A stretch of 45,211 nucleotides of DNA from Candidatus Methanomethylicia archaeon. GTDB taxonomy: Archaea > Thermoproteota > Methanomethylicia > CALHIW01. The notes beneath the pieces are model-generated. The model had not been told where the DNA came from. It did no database searches and saw only the letters and a list, made by a program, of their open reading frames with translations. Where the stretch lies: NCBI GenBank assembly GCA_038845975.1, contig JAWBQF010000022.1, forward strand, positions 1 through 45,211, written 5' to 3'. A program made the translations under genes and the position numbers. Of this stretch, positions 39,340 through 45,211 are shown piece after piece (the stretch's first letter is position 1; the number at the start of each line of letters is the position of its first letter).

Positions 39340-39941
39340 AGACAATAGTAATGGCTGGAGGTATTGGGAGAAGACTTGGAGTTGATGAGAAGCCTCTAGT
39401 TGATATTTGCGGTAAACCAATGATAGAATGGGTTATTGATGCTTTAAGGAAAACTCGTGGAATAGATGAAATAGTAATCGCCACATCAAGACATACCTGG
39501 AAAACACGTAGATGGGCTGAGTCTAGAGGATTCGGAACTATTGAGACAAGCGGGCTTGGATATGAACATGATATTGCTGAGGTCTCAGCTTATGGTACAC
39601 CATGCCTAGTTATAGCTTCAGATCTACCATTAATAAAATCTGAAACAATAGAGAAAATAGTTAGGGAGTCGTTAAGCATCAACTCCCAAATAATAACCGT
39701 TGTTACACCATTAGAGAACTATATTAGACTTTCAGATGTTAAAAGTATTTCACCCTTAAACCATAGATATCAGCCTACCGGCATATCTATAGTTAAGTCG
39801 CCGATTAGGCTAGGTGTTGAGTCATCATATAGTAGTTTAGTTATTGAATCATCAATTGAGCTTTTAAACGTAAATACCTTAAATGAGCTTCAGATTGCAA
39901 GAAGTATTTTATGTGGTGGTAGGAATGATTCACGGCGGTAA
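39336..39941 (+). CDS. cobY: GTP:adenosylcobinamide-phosphate guanylyltransferase
   Basis: MAGG.GRRL..EKPL..GKPMI, GY..D, SDLP and NVNT..EL; operon context. Confidence 0.88.
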   Translation: MKTIVMAGGIGRRLGVDEKPLVDICGKPMIEWVIDALRKTRGIDEIVIATSRHTWKTRRWAESRGFGTIETSGLGYEHDIAEVSAYGTPCLVIASDLPLIKSETIEKIVRESLSINSQIITVVTPLENYIRLSDVKSISPLNHRYQPTGISIVKSPIRLGVESSYSSLVIESSIELLNVNTLNELQIARSILCGGRNDSRR

Positions 39942-40998
39942 TGTATGGATTTACGGTGGGCCAAGTAAAGTTCTAGATTTCAGTTCAAATACGAATCCCT
40001 TAGGCCCCCCTAAACTATTAGCTGACGCCTTAATGGAGGCTATTGAGGGAAATATTTTCTCATACTATCCCGAGCCAACATATACTAGCCTTAAAGAATC
40101 TCTATCTAGATTTCTTAATGTTGACTGTAGGCTAATAGAGGTGTTTAATGGTGCTTCTGAAGCACTCTTCCAGTTAGCCTACATGTTTAATCCCCTAAGC
40201 TTTGTTTTAACACCACCATCATTCATAGAGTATTGGCGTATTGCATACTCTCTTAATAGAAGAATTTATGAGGTAAAATATTTAGATATGGGTGATAACT
40301 ATATTCTAGATATTGATGGAATTGTTAAGGCTTTAAGTAGGGTAAGTAATGGATTAGTATATATATGTAATCCCAACAATCCTACTGGAACCTTGACTGT
40401 AAGGAAAGGTATTGAGGAGATTGTTTTAGAGGCTTCGAGAAGGGGTAGCCAGGTTATTGTTGATGAATCATTCATGGATTTCACTATGGAGAACCAATCA
40501 GTTATTGAGCTTGTAGAGAACTATGAGAATCTACATGTAGTTAAATCGTTAACTAAGATTTTCGCCTCACCTGGATTAAGACTTGGACTAGTAGTATCAA
40601 GTAGAATTGAGGATATGGGGAGATTCATGGCTCCATGGCGTGTAAACATCTTAACATCGTACGCATTCAGCAAATTCCTACAGGATTTAAGCTATGTTAA
40701 TAACTATATTGATAGATCTCGTAGAGTCATATTTGAAGAAGTTAGCAGATTAATACCTATCCTTAAAGATTTGAGGACGAATCCATACAATACATCAGTA
40801 AACTTCATACTGGTCAAGCTATCTCTTAGAGTAGACTCAACAGCATTAACTGAGACTTTAGCATTAAGATATGGAATACTTATTAGAGATGCCTCAACAA
40901 TACCTGGCCTAAATAAAAGCTATATTAGGATATCCGTGAGGAGAAGTAGTGATAATTTAAAGCTTATGAAGGCTTTAGGTGAAGCTTTAAGTGTCTAA
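39925..40998 (+). CDS. cobD: L-threonine-O-3-phosphate decarboxylase
   Basis: HGGN, DFSSNTNPLGPP, CNPNNPTG, DESF.DF and SLTK.F..PGLRLG motifs. Confidence 0.88.
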   Translation: MIHGGNVWIYGGPSKVLDFSSNTNPLGPPKLLADALMEAIEGNIFSYYPEPTYTSLKESLSRFLNVDCRLIEVFNGASEALFQLAYMFNPLSFVLTPPSFIEYWRIAYSLNRRIYEVKYLDMGDNYILDIDGIVKALSRVSNGLVYICNPNNPTGTLTVRKGIEEIVLEASRRGSQVIVDESFMDFTMENQSVIELVENYENLHVVKSLTKIFASPGLRLGLVVSSRIEDMGRFMAPWRVNILTSYAFSKFLQDLSYVNNYIDRSRRVIFEEVSRLIPILKDLRTNPYNTSVNFILVKLSLRVDSTALTETLALRYGILIRDASTIPGLNKSYIRISVRRSSDNLKLMKALGEALSV

Positions 40999-41731
40999 GG
41001 CTTTTAAAGCTATTAAATCATTACTATCCTTCTTCACAATAATTCCTGTAGGTGAATGCAATATTGATGATACTGCTGAATACTTTTACCTCTCCCCAAT
41101 AATTATCGGATTAACAGTAGGCACCATACCCGCAATATTAGTAGTTGCTTTATCCAGATATTTTAGAGTTCCCTTACTGGTTGTTTTCTCATTTACGCTT
41201 TACATGTTTATTACTGGCTTCCACCATGTTGATGGCCTTATGGATTTTGCAGATGCATTAATGGTTAGAGGGTCTATGGAGAGGAGGAGGGAGGTGCTTT
41301 ACGATAAGTATACTGGCTCAGCAGCCATAATCTCAGTAGCTTTAAATCTATTATTAGCTATTACTGCTCTATCAGTCCTTCCTATACATAGTATTTTTAA
41401 AGCATATATAGCCTCCTCAACGTTTTCAATGCTGGCAGCTGTTACTGCTTCATATATGGGTCCACCCATGATGCATGTAGGTTCTGGAAAGCTATTCATA
41501 GATAAAATTAAGGGTAGGAAGGATAGGGTTACTATTGCATTATTTTATTCAATTATGATTGCACTATTGCTTGGCATTCATGGAGTTTCCTCACTCATAC
41601 TCTCCCAAATAGTTTCTCTACTGATTGTCTATAAGGCTAGGAAGGCTTTCGGCGGCTTAAATGGAGATGTTCTCGGAGCGATAATCGAACTTTCAAGAAC
41701 AGCCTCAATAATTGGATTTGCCATTTCATGA
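40991..41731 (+). CDS. cobS: Cobamide synthase
   Basis: SFFTIIP, TGFHHVDGL.DFADA and FGGLNGDVLGA..E motifs. Confidence 0.92.
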   Translation: MSKAFKAIKSLLSFFTIIPVGECNIDDTAEYFYLSPIIIGLTVGTIPAILVVALSRYFRVPLLVVFSFTLYMFITGFHHVDGLMDFADALMVRGSMERRREVLYDKYTGSAAIISVALNLLLAITALSVLPIHSIFKAYIASSTFSMLAAVTASYMGPPMMHVGSGKLFIDKIKGRKDRVTIALFYSIMIALLLGIHGVSSLILSQIVSLLIVYKARKAFGGLNGDVLGAIIELSRTASIIGFAIS

Positions 41732-41737
41732 TGGTCT

Positions 41738-42685
41738 ATGGAGGTTATATTAGCCTTAATAATTCTCATACTTTCAATATTACTAGATATATTTTACGGT
41801 GAACCTAAGGGAAGGCTATTAAGACTACATCCGGTAGTTTTATGTGCCTCAATAAGTAGACTGATTGTAAAGCCTAATTCAAGTAGAATTCATGGATTAC
41901 TAACATTTACAATACCTGTCTCCATAGTTTTAGCAATATATTTTTCAATACAATACCTAGCCCTACAATTACTAGGTATTTTAGGTTATGTTATAGTTTC
42001 AGTATTAATATTGAAGACAACGTTCTCAATAAATCTACTCTATAGTATTGTAGTGAATGCATATAAGTCTATGGAGAGTGGGAATTGGAATAATGCAAGA
42101 CACTATGTTCAGCAAATAGTTAGAAGAAATGTATATGTTCTCGATGAGGAGCATACAGTATCAGCAGCTATAGAGTCCCTGTTTGAAAGCCTTGTTGACG
42201 GATACATTTCCCCACTATTCTACTATCCATTCCTAGGCGTTAAAGGCTCACTTCTACAAAGAGCTGTAAACACTATGGATAGCCTCGTAGCCTATAAGAC
42301 TCCTGAATATATGGGTGAGGGATATGTATCCGCTAAGGCTGATACCATTCTAAACTATGTTCCTGCAAGATTAACAGCCATACTAATCATAATATCCTCA
42401 GCAATTCTAAAACTTAACTGGAGGAGAGGATTAAAAATACTTTTAAGAGACCATTCTAAAACTGAAAGCCTAAATGCTGGATGGCCTATTTCAGCTATAG
42501 CTGGTGTTTTAAATGTAAAGCTTGAAAAAATAAACGCCTACAGTATAGGAGATCCCGGGGAGAGGTTAACCCCCAAGAAAATAATGGAGGCTATTAAAAT
42601 ATATAAATTATCAACAATTCTAGCAACACTACTAATACTAACCCTTACAATTATAGTTAGAAAAACATTACCATGGATTCTATAA
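41738..42685 (+). CDS. cbiB: Adenosylcobinamide-phosphate synthase
   Basis: GEP..HPVV, IESL.ESLVDG..SPLFY, VNTMDS, PARLT and NAGWP motifs. Confidence 0.93.
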   Translation: MEVILALIILILSILLDIFYGEPKGRLLRLHPVVLCASISRLIVKPNSSRIHGLLTFTIPVSIVLAIYFSIQYLALQLLGILGYVIVSVLILKTTFSINLLYSIVVNAYKSMESGNWNNARHYVQQIVRRNVYVLDEEHTVSAAIESLFESLVDGYISPLFYYPFLGVKGSLLQRAVNTMDSLVAYKTPEYMGEGYVSAKADTILNYVPARLTAILIIISSAILKLNWRRGLKILLRDHSKTESLNAGWPISAIAGVLNVKLEKINAYSIGDPGERLTPKKIMEAIKIYKLSTILATLLILTLTIIVRKTLPWIL

Positions 42686-42774
42686 TATACCCAAAATGGA
42701 ATTCATAGCTAACAGCCTCATTCGCTTAGCTGCTATGCAGCTAGTATATATTACTTTTATGATTCTAAAGTATT

Positions 42775-43320
42775 TTAGCTGTTAACCATTGATTTAACTA
42801 TTCTTTTACCCCTCGGCTGAGGAATAATTTTAAGCTTAGCATTTTCAAAATCAAGGTTAAGCTCATATCCCTCAAATAATTCATGTAGAAAAACAGCTAA
42901 TGCACTAACCTCAGAGTGAGGCTGATTTGTTACTGAAACATTCCAATCTGCAATTAAATACATTTCCCGTGGAACCTTTCTACTACCTACAACCACAAGC
43001 TTTCTCCTAGTAGACCTTCTTATCTCCCCAATAACATCTCTAATAGGAAGCCCATACATTGTAAGATGAACTACTTCACCACTACTCTTCCAGCTTCTAG
43101 CAAAACGTAAGGGGTTCTCTACATACTGAACTTTAAACCCACCACCCCATAAGCTCGTAACTTTCCCAATGGTTTTAATTATATTCTCATCAAAGTCACC
43201 TGAAAAATACATACCTTTAGCTCCAAATGCACGGGCAGCTAATGCTACATGAGATGTTACCCTTACATCCCTCATTACTCTATGTGAAAGCCTTAAAACC
43301 CAAACCTCCATTAACCCCAT
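42775..43320 (-). CDS. trm56: tRNA (cytidine56-2'-O)-methyltransferase
   Basis: LRLSHR..RD.RVTSHVAL.ARAFGA, VHLTMYG, KVP and NQPHSEVSALA motifs. Confidence 0.95.
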   Translation of the reverse strand: MGLMEVWVLRLSHRVMRDVRVTSHVALAARAFGAKGMYFSGDFDENIIKTIGKVTSLWGGGFKVQYVENPLRFARSWKSSGEVVHLTMYGLPIRDVIGEIRRSTRRKLVVVGSRKVPREMYLIADWNVSVTNQPHSEVSALAVFLHELFEGYELNLDFENAKLKIIPQPRGKRIVKSMVNS

Positions 43321-43662
43321 AACCACCTACAGTTTCCTAAGGATCATTAAACATTTAAGTTTTTCCAAATAATCTAGAAACCAAATTAGATAAAGAAGTT
43401 AATATTATAATTACATCCCACCTTATCCACGGGCTCAGGAATACATTAGATCAGCAAAACTTGAATTATTTTGGTTAGGTTATGATGAACAATACGTTAA
43501 ATATGACTAATATAAATACAGCTAATAGATCAGACATCATCAATGTGTATACAGTAACATTTATGGATCTAGCAAGTATATCAAATATATCTGAAATAAA
43601 TACCTTTAATGGATCAGGCGCATTAACAGTAATATTGGTATTAATCTTAAAATGATGAAACA

Positions 43663-44259
43663 CTATTTGTTAAGGGAATGAAGCGGAGCAGCTTTTATTA
43701 TTTCTTGTAGTTTATTTACTGATTCATCAATGGTATTTATAGTGTAGTTTTGATGCTTCTCTAGGAATTTCTCTCTATGTTCACCTTCAAGCCATAAATG
43801 ATAATATAGGCTATTATATAGATCAAATAATGCATTTATAAGCTCACCTAACCATTCAGTAAGAACTTCTCTTGATGTATTCTCACTACTTAAATAGGCG
43901 CTTATTCTAATGATGGTTTGTGCTAGGTGTTTTGAATAGGATTTTAAATTAAATAATGTATTACTTAGCTCAGGGTATTTATAGGCTAAATCACCACTAT
44001 GGTAAGCTATAATATAGAAACCCTCATAGGACCTGCCTAAAAGAAATACTGCTTCAGTAAGCTTACCTTTCTCTAAGTAAATTATAGTATCATTAAGCCA
44101 GTGATAAACATAATCTACTTCATCACATAGAGGGATAACAATTCTATGTTTTGTATACCATGCATCATATTGCTGGTAATTAACCACAATATATGTGAGA
44201 TAAAGATTAAGGAGACTAGAGAGAATAAGAAAAATAGAAATAATTTTAGTGATGTGCAT
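43663..44259 (-). CDS. Hypothetical membrane-anchored helical protein
   Basis: 198-aa ORF with N-terminal TM segment and AGGTGA SD. Confidence 0.7.
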   Translation of the reverse strand: MHITKIISIFLILSSLLNLYLTYIVVNYQQYDAWYTKHRIVIPLCDEVDYVYHWLNDTIIYLEKGKLTEAVFLLGRSYEGFYIIAYHSGDLAYKYPELSNTLFNLKSYSKHLAQTIIRISAYLSSENTSREVLTEWLGELINALFDLYNSLYYHLWLEGEHREKFLEKHQNYTINTIDESVNKLQEIIKAAPLHSLNK

Positions 44260-44269
44260 TATGTATCAC

Positions 44270-45211
44270 CTACGGTATGACTACTATGTTATACATTGTG
44301 CTTGGAAAGTTTACTTGATGAGATACCAAGTATCCCTCTTCATATTGATGTATAAGAACATTACCCCAAACCTTCATTTTATAGCTTCCAATATCTTTTG
44401 GATTCATGTCAAACTCAACCCCGACATCATTTGGCCTTCTCCCATTTCGTCCATTTAAATATCCAAAAATTTCATTCCATCCTAAGTAGTCAGGATACTG
44501 CTTTCTAGGTCCATAATTATCCCAGTATAACCTTTGCGAATCAGGCTCAGAGGTGCTTGCTATTACTTGAGCCCACCATATTTCAACTGTTATGAAACCA
44601 ATGGATGGAAGGTAAAGGGGAAAGATAAAGTACCTATAGTCTACATTTCCTCTTGGTTCAGGATCAAATGGATCAAGGTTTCCAATACTTGTCTGTATGT
44701 ATACTTTGAATGCATTATATTGCCATATCATAGGTTCTCCCTCAGGGTAAGGCCACTGCTCAGTAGTTAAAAAGTCAATTCTAAACGATTTAGAGCCTTC
44801 ACTCTTCTTTATTATTGAATGATTATAGTTCTCAGAAGATCTTCTTTGTCCAAGCACATCCATATATATTTTCCAAGACCATTCCCCCTCTTTTCCCTGA
44901 ATATATCCAAATCTCCCGTACTGAACATTTTCACTATCTTGTGTTTCTTTATTGTTCAATTCATGGCTTGGTTCTTGTGATTTATCTTTCTCCATTATTC
45001 CTGATTCTATTAGTTTTCTTGATGCTTCTCTATGTATTTTTATTGCTTTCTCCTTATTTTTTAATGCTATGAATGATGATACACCCCTTATTAATCCTGA
45101 TATTCCATCACTATATATTGATATGATTATTTTATTATCTTTTGATTCCATTATTTTAATGTCTTTATGAGTTTCAGCTTCAATACATTTTGATTCATAT
45201 GTTTCACCTAG
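44270..45211 (-). CDS. Hypothetical protein, 5' truncated by window
   Basis: Frame of the 293-aa ORF stays open to position 45211; aromatic- and Pro-rich. Confidence 0.7.
   Translation of the reverse strand, partial: LGETYESKCIEAETHKDIKIMESKDNKIIISIYSDGISGLIRGVSSFIALKNKEKAIKIHREASRKLIESGIMEKDKSQEPSHELNNKETQDSENVQYGRFGYIQGKEGEWSWKIYMDVLGQRRSSENYNHSIIKKSEGSKSFRIDFLTTEQWPYPEGEPMIWQYNAFKVYIQTSIGNLDPFDPEPRGNVDYRYFIFPLYLPSIGFITVEIWWAQVIASTSEPDSQRLYWDNYGPRKQYPDYLGWNEIFGYLNGRNGRRPNDVGVEFDMNPKDIGSYKMKVWGNVLIHQYEEGYLVSHQVNFPSTMYNIVVIP

Noticed and set aside
43400-43663. Short ORFs on both strands, one with several N-x-S/T sequons
   Set aside because: 62 aa or shorter with no start signals; cannot be distinguished from a gene remnant or chance

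Overview
AT-rich archaeal chromosomal window. The archaeal tRNA methylase trm56, archaeal-type cobY and cbiZ-cobZ genes, TATA-box promoters and an MtaA-family methyltransferase suggest a thermophilic TACK-type methylotroph; the taxonomy is inference. Between an ilvD fragment and trm56, most intact genes concern corrinoids. These are: (i) an MtaA-family methyltransferase with a DVU_1557-like protein, a CobW GTPase and a TrsS-like radical SAM enzyme; (ii) cobO and feoAB; (iii) a Dph6-like ATPase / RHH-CblS fusion / CblT / PfkB operon; (iv) an unusual BtuFCD-type operon, which together with the divergent gene beside it carries five radical SAM genes, two CbiE-like methyltransferases and a second, signal-less binding protein; (v) a nucleotide-loop operon (cbiZ-cobZ, cobY, cobD, cobS, cbiB) headed by two unexplained enzymes (AsnB-like, ApgM-like). 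The intergenic DNA is full of decayed IS6, IS5 and IS605 elements. It also holds two near-identical 128-bp MITEs, a 943-bp segment bounded by 34-bp inverted repeats, a 40-bp direct repeat flanking a single gene, a foreign metalloprotease island and a candidate C/D-box sRNA. The best candidates for undescribed biology are the uptake-plus-tailoring operon for a corrinoid or other tetrapyrrole, and a probable B12 regulator (RHH plus degenerate CblS) with a candidate operator, GGTARWWTTKCCT. All family calls come from motif recognition by eye; no database searches were run.
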